A stretch of 64,000 bases of DNA from the NCBI GenBank assembly GCA_963789265.1, contig CAWBKB010000001.1, positions 2,496,001 to 2,560,000 of the forward strand. The letters run 5' to 3'. The stretch comes from an uncultured delta proteobacterium. GTDB taxonomy: Bacteria; Desulfobacterota; Desulfomonilia; Desulfomonilales; Desulfomonilaceae. Below are positions 42,407-51,949 of this stretch, in pieces (the first letter of the stretch is position 1; each line of letters opens with the position of its first letter). A model generated the notes under the pieces. It was not told the origin of the DNA, made no database searches, and was given only the letters and a program-made list of their open reading frames with translations. The translations under genes and the position numbers were made by a program.

Positions 42407-43369
42407 TCAAGTGACCAAGATAATTTTACCTTGTGCTCCTGTCTCCATGACTGCAACGTGAGCCTGAGGTGCCTCGGCCAATGGAATTTCTCGCCCTATA
42501 ATCGGGCGAAGCGTGCGGTTTTCAAGGCCCGCGACCAATCCTGCATGGATAGCCGCCAGTTCGCGTTCCGACACGTTGAACAAAGATATACCCAGGATCG
42601 AGGCATCGCGACTCATTGCGTCACACGGGTCAATCTCTACGGTCCCTCGACAGCCAATAACAACGATGCGGCCTCTCCGGCTGAGAATCTTGAGGTCCTT
42701 GCCCAGGTTGACATTCGACAACATTTCGAGAATGACATCTACCCCTCGATCGTGGGTCAAGGCCAGAACTTGCTCGAAATGGTCCGCAGCCCTATGACTG
42801 ACTGTATGATGAGCCCCCTGCTCGCGGACCAGTTCCAAACCCATTTCGGTTCCTCCGGTCGCGATGACTTTCAGGCCGGCCGCACGGGCCAACTGAACTG
42901 CCGCGGTCCCTACGCCTCCGGTTGCCCCATGCACCAGGACAGTCTCCCCTGCCCTGGCAAAAGCGCGATTGAACAGAGAGCGATATGCTATCCCGTAGGG
43001 GACGCCCATTGCCGCGCCCTGCTGAAAGGTCACGTGTTGAGGCAAGGGATGGACCTGAGATTCACTGCATAGAACCTCTTCGGCATAAGCCCCGGTGAGC
43101 GTACCGGACGTGTAAACTCTGTCGCCTGCTGCCACACTGCTGACTCCGTCGCCCACTGATTTCACGGTGCCTGCCGCATCCGCGCCGGGGGTATAAGGAA
43201 GCGGGGGCCTGACAACGTACCCGTCCGAACGGATGTAAGCATCGACAGGATTAACGCCTACTGCCTTCACGCTTAACACCACTTGCCCGGGGCCGGGTCG
43301 AAGATCAGCGACTTCTTCCAGTCGCATCACCTCGGGACCGCCAAATTCGTGCACTCTAATTGCCTTTAT
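42407..43369 (-). CDS. NADPH:quinone oxidoreductase (zeta-crystallin-like); apparent ATA start
   Basis: KAIRVHEFGGPEV, GVNPVD, PYTPG, GAYAE, HGATGGVG, A.GKIIL. Confidence 0.92.
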   Translation of the reverse strand: MKAIRVHEFGGPEVMRLEEVADLRPGPGQVVLSVKAVGVNPVDAYIRSDGYVVRPPLPYTPGADAAGTVKSVGDGVSSVAAGDRVYTSGTLTGAYAEEVLCSESQVHPLPQHVTFQQGAAMGVPYGIAYRSLFNRAFARAGETVLVHGATGGVGTAAVQLARAAGLKVIATGGTEMGLELVREQGAHHTVSHRAADHFEQVLALTHDRGVDVILEMLSNVNLGKDLKILSRRGRIVVIGCRGTVEIDPCDAMSRDASILGISLFNVSERELAAIHAGLVAGLENRTLRPIIGREIPLAEAPQAHVAVMETGAQGKIILVT

Positions 43370-43565
43370 AATTGCCTCCTCCCTGGTATCAATTGTTAGT
43401 ACACTTTAGAGTGTGGATCTCTCGAAACGGTCCCTTTGACATATCCGAAAAGACTGGAAAGAGGTACCCGGCAAGGCTAAGATAGGATGGCATTTGCCGG
43501 CAAGACTGCCTTCGCGCCCGGCAACTGTCATCGGCTAGGTCGTTAGGTCCCAAGGAAATTCTTCT

Positions 43566-44174
43566 ATGAAGAAAGAGTCGAGTCTTGAGAGAAAGATGCT
43601 CTCTTATTTCGGATTGATAGCCGCCGCGTCCCTTTTGATAACTGTGGAATTTGTGTGGGCCATTAGAGCGGCAACGCCGCTGGTTTCGCCCGGTCAATCC
43701 GCATTCTCGGCCGCTGTCGCACTGGAAGCCGCGAGGCGCTCTATGGAATCGTTGCAGAATAAGGCCCTGCTCATGTTTGTGGTCCAGGCGGTGGTGACGC
43801 TCATCGTTCTCATCATGTTTATGAGAAGAATCACGAGTCCTCTGCAGGAAATGGTGGAAGAGGCGAAGAATATTTCCGAAGGCGATTTGAGCCGTACGAT
43901 TCCTGTGCATTCCCAGGATGAGATCGGCCTTATCGGAGAGACCATAAACAGTCTGACCAGCAATATCCAGGAAATCGTGAGCTTGGGCTTATCCACCGAA
44001 GCGGCGATGCGCGCGCCCCTCGGCCAACTTCGACAGCTACTTGACGGAAATCCGGAATCCGCGAGACAGCTCGATTTCATGGAAGCACGACTGGATGGTT
44101 TCAAGGATATAGCCGAGTGCTTTAAACTGCTGCCGCCTCCTCTGGAGGTAAGAGAAGGCGAGAACCAGTCATGA
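43566..44174 (+). CDS. Two-TM HAMP-domain protein with no recognisable output domain
   Basis: TM-loop-TM, ITSPLQEM...EGDLS...DEIGLIGETIN. Confidence 0.8.
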   Translation: MKKESSLERKMLSYFGLIAAASLLITVEFVWAIRAATPLVSPGQSAFSAAVALEAARRSMESLQNKALLMFVVQAVVTLIVLIMFMRRITSPLQEMVEEAKNISEGDLSRTIPVHSQDEIGLIGETINSLTSNIQEIVSLGLSTEAAMRAPLGQLRQLLDGNPESARQLDFMEARLDGFKDIAECFKLLPPPLEVREGENQS

Positions 44175-44294
44175 TGGACATGGCAAGCTCGTTCACCGGA
44201 AGCGAATGGACAGGTCTTCCGATTGGAGTTGTGGGAATCGGTCCTACGAAGAAGGTGTCCCCAATCTTACTGCTTTGAATGAGAAGTGTGTTGT

Positions 44295-45036
44295 TCATCG
44301 GGACGGCCTGGCGTCCTCCCTGTCTGTGAGAAGTCGCAAAGAAAGATAGGAAATGAGCGACACGGCGGTGTTCGATTTTTCGATGCTGCAATCCAAAGTG
44401 TGACCTCCGGCCTTCTTGTCCGCTGTGATAAAGTGAAAATGATACCCCGGAACGTTAAGCCCATCCATGTAGAGGGGAAAACGGAAGCCTACCAGAGTGC
44501 CCCGAACATTCTTCAACTGAAACTCGGTTTGATGTTTAATAGCATCCTCCAGTCCCGGGTAAGGCTTCTCCTGCCGAGGCACACTTCGGACCTTCACGTA
44601 TTTGAAGTCTCCATCAATCCTTATGGCGCAAGGGTTTTCTGCGGATGAGAGCATCCGATCCAGAATTTCCTGCAATTCCTTTAGGTCCCTGATCCTAGGC
44701 AAGGAAATTTTCTTGTCAACCTTGAAAAAAGTCACTACGGCAAAGGGAGTCTTTTGGTCATCGGCGATGGGATACACCTTGCCATCAGCCTTGATCTGAA
44801 AGAATTCGCCGTCTAGGGTGACCATTTCTCCATCCAGAACCGTCTAATGTCCCCAGGCCGAAGTCGCCATACTTCTTGAGTTCCCCGAAAGTCGTTTCAC
44901 CATCGTACATGCCTAGCTTCAAAGCTTGAAGTGTGGATACCTGGTAAATAGAATGGTCCACTGACTGTGCGTGAAGCAGGCCGGATGCGGCAATTACGAT
45001 GAACAAAGCAAAAACAATAACCCATAACCGTTTCAT
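44295..45036 (-). CDS. budA: Acetolactate decarboxylase family with signal peptide; +1 frameshift near 44838
   Basis: YQVST..AL..G.YDG, GDFGLGT..GLDGEM, PFA, VRSVP, GYHFHFI, GGH. Confidence 0.88.
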
Positions 45037-45617
45037 ACGCTCTCCTTACTAATCGAGGTTGACTTGAAGGACAGGAACGCCAACAAACAAAACCCATTCT
45101 GAATATTCTCTGATCAGGTTCGCATTAAGCTGATTTCCACTCTGATTTACTCTACGCCAGCAAGATAAGTAATTCAGATTGTAAGTTCAAGCAAATCAGA
45201 GCGACAAGATGAAGTCAGTCTGGATCCCATTAGAAATCTTTAAGTAGGTTATAAGCTGAGCTTATATTTTCATTAGCTTTTGTGACTTGACTAGTCGAGT
45301 CCATCCGTTGTATACGATCATACTTGACTTCGACGTCCGATGACCACAAAGCGTTGACGGCCTCTTTTCTTGAGCACGATTCTTCCCCGCAGGGTTTACC
45401 GGAAAATCTGCCTGTTGGAGTGCAAATCTGCCGAATTGAGGCTCAGTGCTCTTAAAATACGCGCAGTCTTATCGCGACAAGAGCAATTCAAACTCCAAAT
45501 TGTGCAACATCAGGAAGGAGATGGAGGTGCTGCGCGCTGTAATCACGCAGCTTGCGGATCTGTAGGACTGTCATAACACACTTTGTTTAAGCATAGACCT
45601 CGATGCAGGAGAGGAGT

Positions 45618-46842
45618 ATGAATCGTTCCTGGTTTATTTGGCTATGGGGCTTGGTCCTCGTGGGTTTCTATCGCGTCGGCCCAACAGACGACTGTAAATC
45701 TAGGCTTCATCACCGCGACGTCCGGTCGCATGGCTACCTTTGGTGCAGTGGCCAAGCAGGGGGCGGAAACCGCTGTCAACGAGCTCAACCAGGCGGTCGC
45801 CGCTGGTGGCACCAAGTTCAATCCTTTCTTTGAGGATGCCGGCAAAGATGCGAAAACAGCCGAAGCGGCATTCAAGAAGCTCGTGGAAAAAGACAGGGCG
45901 GACGTGGTGATGGGTTACGTTCCCGATGCGATTGCCCCGGCGCTGGCAGCAATGGCGGAACGTTCTCAGATACCCTTTATTGTGATCGGCGCGCAGTCCA
46001 CGGCACTCACAGGGGACCAGTGCAACCGCTTCACTTTTCGGTTGTCGCCCAGCAGCGTTCATAATGCCAAAACCGCCGCCCTCTTGGCGAGTTGGACAAA
46101 GGCGAGGACTTGGACCACGATCGCTACGGACGATGTAGGTAACCGCGAGTTGTGGGCACTATTCAAGAAGTACACTAGTCAACTGAACAAGGGTACGTCG
46201 TTCGCTGCGGATGCCTCAGCTTCTTTCATTGGCGGCGAGAGCCCCGACCTGGACGCTGTGGCCAAGTCCGTAATTCGGTCCAAGGTGGAAGGCATGTTGA
46301 TTTCGCTGCCAGGCGGCCTTTTCGTGGATTTCATCAGAAAAGGGGATGCGTGCGGGCTGTTCGACGGCAAGCGGGAGGTCGTTGTGGTTAACGGCTCTCT
46401 GGCCCAATTGCTCGCCTTGGGGCTTGAAATGCCTGAGGGTATATGGTGGTCCACGCCGTACTGGTACCAGGCAAGCTGGAGCCCGGCGAACAGGTCCTTT
46501 GCTCAGAAGTACGAAGCTGTATTTGGCGCACCTCCTTCTTGGGAGGCCCAGTCCGCGTACGCCGCAGTTAAGATCTACGCGGCAGCTTTGCAGAAAGCCG
46601 GGTCTTCGGACAAAAAGGCGGTGGTGACGGCCTTGGAGGGACTCGTAGCAGACATGCCGGTCGGAAACATCTTGATCCGCGCGGCCGATCATCAGAGCGT
46701 GTGTCCCACAATGGCAGGAAAGACTGCTCGCATCGGAGTGACGAACCGCAAGTACCGTTTCAGAAGTTTGGCAACCATGATGCTTTTCCGAGTCAAAGAA
46801 ATCTCTGATCCTGACGTGGAAAAGGGCTGCAACATGAGGTGA
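45618..46842 (+). CDS. Branched-chain amino-acid-type (LivJ-like) ABC substrate-binding protein; +1 frameshift near 45663 in the signal peptide
   Basis: SG.MATFG...GAE.AV.E.N, CNRFTFR, F..KY...FG..P, ALEG...P.G...R..DHQ. Confidence 0.85.
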
Positions 46843-46943
46843 GGTGGCACCTGCCGATCGCTGTACAGGCCTGAAGACAGTGAAAACGAGGCGCCGGTCT
46901 CTGAACATCCCGCACGGGAAGCCTTCTTACGAGAGGTCTTACA

Positions 46944-48242
46944 ATGACTATGAGTAATAGGAAAGCGGAAAAGATATTCACTCGCCGGGAGTTTATGAAG
47001 GGGGTTGGGGCAGCCGGCCTTGCACTGGGAGCGGCAGCGACGTTCGTGGACGTGAATCCCGCGGCCGCCGAAATGCGCGGCCACATTGTAATCGGCCACC
47101 CAAACCCGTCAACGGGTATGTTGTCCGATTTGGGAGCGGTCTCTCCATGGGCCGATGAACGCGCGGTAGCTGCGGTGAACCGCAAGGGCGGCATATTCGT
47201 CAAGGAATTGAACAAATCGCTCCCGGTGCAGGTTAAGCTGGTGGACACCCAGAGCGATCCGGATAGGGCCGCGAAGGTTGCGACGGATCTCATTCTCAAC
47301 GAAAAGATCGACATGATGGTCGTTCTGCACACGCCGGTCACAGTGAACCCAGTCAGTAAAGTATGCGACAAATTTCATGTGCCGTGCGTCTCGATGGTAG
47401 TCCCTCTGGAATCGTGGCTTTCGGGAGGGCCGTACGAGTGGTGTTACCACGCGTTTTGGTCAGTGGACTCTTTGAGCGACCTTTTTGTAGGAATGTGGGA
47501 CGAGTACGCGGACAAAACTACCAAGGTCTTTGGCGGATTGTGGCCCGACGATCCCGACGGCAAAGCCTGGGGGGAATCCTTCACGAAGAAGCTCGTCGCC
47601 AAAGGGTACAAAGTCGTGGATCCGGGGCGATTCCGCTATTGGATTCCGGACTTTACCGACATGATCAGCCGCTTCAAACGAGAAAAGGTTGAAATAATGA
47701 GCGGTGTGCTCATTCCTCCCGACTGGGCCAACTTCTGGCGGCAGGCGAGGCAAGACGGGCTTTTGCCCAAGGTGGCCACGGTTTGCAAGGCCATACTTTG
47801 CCCTGGGGCACTGAATGCTCTGCCCGGCAATTTGCCCGAGGGACTAACGACTGAGGTGTGGTGGAGTCCAAACCATCCGTTCAGATCGTCCATCACCGGA
47901 GAAACCTCGATGGAACTGAGCGAAGCGTGGGCCAGGGAAACGAAAAACCAATGGACAATGCCCCTGGGTTATGCGTACGCAGGAATAGAGATCGCTCTCG
48001 ACGCCCTGAAGCGGGCGGGAAGCTTGGACAAGAACAAAATAAGAGAAGCCGTCGCTCAGACCGATCTGACGACCATTGTAGGTCCGATCAAATTCAGGAA
48101 GGACCACTGTTGCGAGACACCACTGGTCGTAGGGCAATGGGAACCCGGTGGAAAATGGCCCTGGGACCTCGGCATCTGCTATAACAAGCAGCACCCGGAA
48201 ATCAAGACCACGTCAAAGCTTGTTTTCCCCATTCCCGGCTGA
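46944..48242 (+). CDS. Tat-exported LivJ-like ABC substrate-binding protein
   Basis: TRREFMK twin-Arg signal; N.KGG, DTQSDP, EVWWSP.HPF, T.VGPI.F. Confidence 0.88.
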   Translation: MTMSNRKAEKIFTRREFMKGVGAAGLALGAAATFVDVNPAAAEMRGHIVIGHPNPSTGMLSDLGAVSPWADERAVAAVNRKGGIFVKELNKSLPVQVKLVDTQSDPDRAAKVATDLILNEKIDMMVVLHTPVTVNPVSKVCDKFHVPCVSMVVPLESWLSGGPYEWCYHAFWSVDSLSDLFVGMWDEYADKTTKVFGGLWPDDPDGKAWGESFTKKLVAKGYKVVDPGRFRYWIPDFTDMISRFKREKVEIMSGVLIPPDWANFWRQARQDGLLPKVATVCKAILCPGALNALPGNLPEGLTTEVWWSPNHPFRSSITGETSMELSEAWARETKNQWTMPLGYAYAGIEIALDALKRAGSLDKNKIREAVAQTDLTTIVGPIKFRKDHCCETPLVVGQWEPGGKWPWDLGICYNKQHPEIKTTSKLVFPIPG

Positions 48243-48511
48243 TGGTTTCAAGAAACAAAGAGGGTAAACAGTAGGCGCTCTTTCAGTGAAGAGACAGCGC
48301 GCGTGACATGCGTGGGCCCGAGAAGCCCGGGGGAGCTGTCCCACGATCCACGGGATTCCAATCACTTTGCAGCTCTGTGCTACGCCTGCTCTGGTACGAC
48401 GCGGCGATAAGATGAAATCGTGGCGCGAAACCGCTGAATTGCATTCTTTGAGTGACAATTGCGATTCGCCTCGTTCACCATATCCGTGGCTTGGCTTACG
48501 GTGAAGAAACG

Positions 48512-49345
48512 ATGAATCTTGGCGAAGCTGTAGTCGTAAGGACCTATGCCGGGAAAGCGATCGCAAGCATTGCCGCTTCGCGCCTCGAATCTGAAGGCAT
48601 AGAAACGCACATCCAATCGGATGACTGTGGAGGTGCGTACCCGCCGCTGCAGATGTCGAGAGGCGTGCGGCTCCTGGTCAAGCCCGAGGACCTGGATGAT
48701 GCTGAAAAGATTCTTCACGCAATTGAGGCTGAAGACGCGGACGAAGTTGCGGCACCTGAAGCACAAGAAGGCCGCAAAAAGACGAAATCCAATCTCATCA
48801 TATTAATCGGCTTGTTCTTGCTGGGCTTTGCGGTAGGATATTATTGGTCACCCGCGCTCACAGACCGTAGCACGTACACCGGCATCATCGAGCGTGATCG
48901 AAAAGGCGGCAAACCCGGTGCTGTTTATCATTACGTGGACGGCCACCTTGCGCTCTTAGAAGAAGACCGCAATTATGACGGCAAACCGGATGCCTGGCAC
49001 AGGTATGTAGCCGGGACATTGCGTACAAGTGAATATGACAACAACTTTGATGGCAAGCCGGACGTATGGGTTACACACAAAGATCGATTCACTTTCGTGG
49101 AGAAGGTGGACACCAATTTTGACGGAAAGCCGGATGTAACGATCTTTTACGCCTTTGGTCTGAAGAAAAGAGTGGACTGGTATCCCAATGATTCCGCCAT
49201 CATCGAGCGAAGAGAGTTTTATGAGCACGGATTGCTGAAAGAAGCTCTTGTTGATACCGACGGAGATGGCATTTTCGATCGGAGAATTACTTATGATGCG
49301 TATGAGAAACCGATAGCTACGACCAAGTGCTGGATTCCAAACTGA
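48512..49345 (+). CDS. Membrane protein: DUF2007-like N-domain, one TM helix, DxxxDGKPD repeats
   Basis: A..RLESEGI...GVRLLV..ED...A; TM LIILIGLFLLGFAVGYY; DRNYDGKPD, DNNFDGKPD, DTNFDGKPD, DTDGDGIFD. Confidence 0.7.
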   Translation: MNLGEAVVVRTYAGKAIASIAASRLESEGIETHIQSDDCGGAYPPLQMSRGVRLLVKPEDLDDAEKILHAIEAEDADEVAAPEAQEGRKKTKSNLIILIGLFLLGFAVGYYWSPALTDRSTYTGIIERDRKGGKPGAVYHYVDGHLALLEEDRNYDGKPDAWHRYVAGTLRTSEYDNNFDGKPDVWVTHKDRFTFVEKVDTNFDGKPDVTIFYAFGLKKRVDWYPNDSAIIERREFYEHGLLKEALVDTDGDGIFDRRITYDAYEKPIATTKCWIPN

Positions 49346-49492
49346 CTGGAACCGATTGCCGAATCCTGTGGAAATTTTGTCGGGGCAATCGTGATTCGGC
49401 CATCCGGAGAAGCCAGCGGAGACACAAGCGCTGCTCCTTAATCGGACAAACGAGTCCGGCAATTGCTATTAGCCGACAACAGGGAGTTGCAG

Positions 49493-49825
49493 ATGCCTCG
49501 ATCTCTTCCCAATTTGATCACTAACCTGCCAATGATTCAAAGCCCTATCAAAGGAATCAATGGCCACCTCTTGCAAGGCGAGGACATCCAAGGCTTGTTT
49601 TTCACGGTCGGGGGCGGTGTCGTATTTCCTGAACATTCCCACGAAGCCCAATGGGGCATCATAATTGAAGGAGAGTTCGACATTACAATAGATGGCGAGA
49701 CAATGACGTATAGAAAAGGAGACACCTATTACATTCCGGAAGGCGTCATCCATGCCGGTCACTACAAAACCGATGTTATTTCATTCGATGTTTTCAACGC
49801 CAAGGACAAGTTTAAAAGAAAATGA
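49493..49825 (+). CDS. Cupin domain protein
   Basis: PEHSH..QWG...EGE...GDTYYIP.GV.H. Confidence 0.85.
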   Translation: MPRSLPNLITNLPMIQSPIKGINGHLLQGEDIQGLFFTVGGGVVFPEHSHEAQWGIIIEGEFDITIDGETMTYRKGDTYYIPEGVIHAGHYKTDVISFDVFNAKDKFKRK

Positions 49826-49933
49826 TGAAAAGCATCCTCCTGCCGGCGGGCAAATAGAGCTTCCTTTAATGTAGTCCAGGCACGGAGCCTGCAGACGCTC
49901 CCCCTGGCGGCATGTGAGCTTCATTCCCCACGT

Positions 49934-50632
49934 TCAAGACCGAAGCCTCTTGCGGACTGCTTCACTTGTCAGTTCGCGAATCGCATTGGCCGCAATCCAT
50001 CTTGCAGCCGGCGAATCTATTTGCTTGATTTCGTTGGCAGTTGCAATCGCGGCCCGGTTCAAATTCAGGTTGCGCTTACCGATCTGCCTCAACGCCCAAT
50101 TGACCGCTTTTTTAACGAAATTCCTGCTATCGACAGATTCTCTCTTTATTAGCAAGAGGAATTCCAGAAACTCCTCATCGCGAGCTTTCTTGTCGTGAAC
50201 CGCGAGGCACGCCACGAGCACAAAACCTGCCCTTTTCACGAATTCCCCTTCGCGTGAGCTCCATTCCAATGCCTTCCTGTGGGCATCTACGGATTTCCGA
50301 AATAGATTATTGCAACACTGATCGCATAGGTCCCACGAATTGAATTCGAACGCCCATGCTTCCATTTGCTCGCCCGTGATGTCTGCAGACGGGTAGATCA
50401 TTCCCGCCAGTATTCTTGCTTCATGAATTCCAGATGACCAGAGTTCCTCCGCGAGGGGACCGTTCATCCCTATCTTGCGGGCGATTTTCCTGAGATTCAG
50501 GATTGACACTCCCAACGCCTTTTCGGTGTTGATCCCGAAGCGCGCCATGCCTTCCGCTGCGGCGGCGTTACCCAGCGATTTAAGTTGCTGTAGTATTTGT
50601 TTGCATTGGATTGAGGAATCAGGTGCGGACAT
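49934..50632 (-). CDS. DNA alkylation repair protein (AlkD-like)
   Basis: MARFGI...LGV, LW....EARILA, SWDLCD, EFVKRAG, D.RNFVKKAVNWALRQIGKR. Confidence 0.9.
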   Translation of the reverse strand: MSAPDSSIQCKQILQQLKSLGNAAAAEGMARFGINTEKALGVSILNLRKIARKIGMNGPLAEELWSSGIHEARILAGMIYPSADITGEQMEAWAFEFNSWDLCDQCCNNLFRKSVDAHRKALEWSSREGEFVKRAGFVLVACLAVHDKKARDEEFLEFLLLIKRESVDSRNFVKKAVNWALRQIGKRNLNLNRAAIATANEIKQIDSPAARWIAANAIRELTSEAVRKRLRS

Positions 50633-50669
50633 AAACTCTACGCTTTCAAGATGAAATTATCAGCTTCCG

Positions 50670-50722
50670 TGGAGTGCGAGACCTCCGCGCTTCTTGCGGG
50701 ACTCGAGCCACTCGCACTTCCA
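50670..50722. repeat. TGGAGTGCGAG...CTCGCACTTCCA REP with degenerate CCGCG-N-GCGGGA insert
   Basis: Inverted ends and inner palindrome visible. Confidence 0.55.
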
Positions 50723-50789
50723 AAATGGTGTACATCACCTTTTCGCGACCCATCCGATTCATCTCGTGAAATGCGGGATTCACTACATC

Positions 50790-51260
50790 TCACGAGTGCA
50801 AATCCGATGCGCGCTTCTGGGCCGTTGCGCCCTTGCCCGAAGTTGACACATGCTTGTAAGGTACATCCATTTCTCTCAATTCTTTTAACAAATCAGGATG
50901 CTTCTCTATCAGTTTGAGCAGCTTGACCAAAGCAACCGACGGCTGAGTCTTACCCTGCTCATAACGAGAAAATGCCAATTTTCCCAGCCCGAGATTTTCT
51001 GCCAATTTTGCCTGAGTAAGTTTCAGCGCCTTTCGGATGCGCCTGATATCAGCACTCGCTTGAAGTCTTGCAGCATCTATCAATTCCGTCTGCGCCTCAT
51101 CAAGACGCCTGTTGCTTTCTGTATCCCATATCCCCTCGTCACAATCCGGACAGAATTGACCTTTTAGGTTCTCGACAGTCACAGATCGGCCACCGTAGGA
51201 AAGTGTCTCATCTCGGATCTGTTCTTCCATCTGCGGATGCCCACATGCTGGACACTGCAT
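50790..51260 (-). CDS. mqsA: MqsA-family antitoxin (zinc finger plus HTH)
   Basis: CPAC...CPDC; IRRIRKALKLTQ..LA..LG.G..AFSRYE.G..QP. Confidence 0.92.
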   Translation of the reverse strand: MQCPACGHPQMEEQIRDETLSYGGRSVTVENLKGQFCPDCDEGIWDTESNRRLDEAQTELIDAARLQASADIRRIRKALKLTQAKLAENLGLGKLAFSRYEQGKTQPSVALVKLLKLIEKHPDLLKELREMDVPYKHVSTSGKGATAQKRASDLHS

Positions 51261-51269
51261 AATTTCACC

Positions 51270-51578
51270 TCATTTTTCCTTAAACGAAATGATGGGGGGC
51301 CGTCCGTCTGTATAGCCTGTGATCTTGATATACACAGCCTTCCCATCTTGAGTCATGCCATGATACACGTCTTGCCAGACCTTGTTATCTTGGTAGGTTG
51401 TCATGGATTTGTAGAAATCTGTTGAGGAGAGCGACAGGACAACCTCTCTCATCTCCTGTGGCTTCAGGCCCAATGCAGTCCCTTCGCGCCTCGCCCTTGC
51501 TGTGAACGGGTAAATAGATGGATCAGCTACCATCTTCTTCACCGCTTCCAGATCATAGTGTGGTTTGCGCTTCTCCAT
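51270..51578 (-). CDS. mqsR: MqsR-family mRNA interferase toxin
   Basis: MEKRKPHYDL, FYKSMTT, WQDVY, YIK, ISFKEK. Confidence 0.93.
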   Translation of the reverse strand: MEKRKPHYDLEAVKKMVADPSIYPFTARARREGTALGLKPQEMREVVLSLSSTDFYKSMTTYQDNKVWQDVYHGMTQDGKAVYIKITGYTDGRPPIISFKEK

Positions 51579-51601
51579 CCCCCGAAAAATAATCGATCTC
51601 A

Positions 51602-51628
51602 TCAAATTAATCAATGTGATAAATTTGA
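51602..51628. promoter_or_regulatory. Palindromic operator upstream of mqsRA
   Basis: TCAAATTAATCA-ATG-TGATAAATTTGA, 11/12 inverted match. Confidence 0.6.
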
Positions 51629-51663
51629 CAAACTTACACCGTCAAAGTTCCGATGTCCGCCAT

Positions 51664-51830
51664 TATAGCCATTGCCAAATGTAATGACCTGTTCACCACC
51701 CGTCACCCCGGCGAAAGCCTGGGTCCAGTCCCGCGAGGAACGCGGGATTGAAAAGACTGGATTCCGGCCTCCGCCGGAATGACGGTGTCAGGCTATCCCC
51801 AATCGGACAGAACTTTTGGCAATGGGTATA
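51664..51830. mobile_element. MITE-like element with 16-bp terminal inverted repeats
   Basis: TATAGCCATTGCCAAA / TTTGGCAATGGGTATA (15/16); inner GTCACCCCGGCGAAAGCC...CTGGATTCCGGCCTCCGCCGGAATGAC doublet; TCCCGCGAGGAACGCGGGA at centre. Confidence 0.75.
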
Positions 51831-51949
51831 AGCGATCCACTCGCAACTTCCATTCTTAGAAATACCTTCCCCGGATATGAAGTGAACCGATTTATAGAGA
51901 GTCTTGGGATCAACCGACTTTTGGGGGGCTAGGAGGCTTCGCTCCGGTT

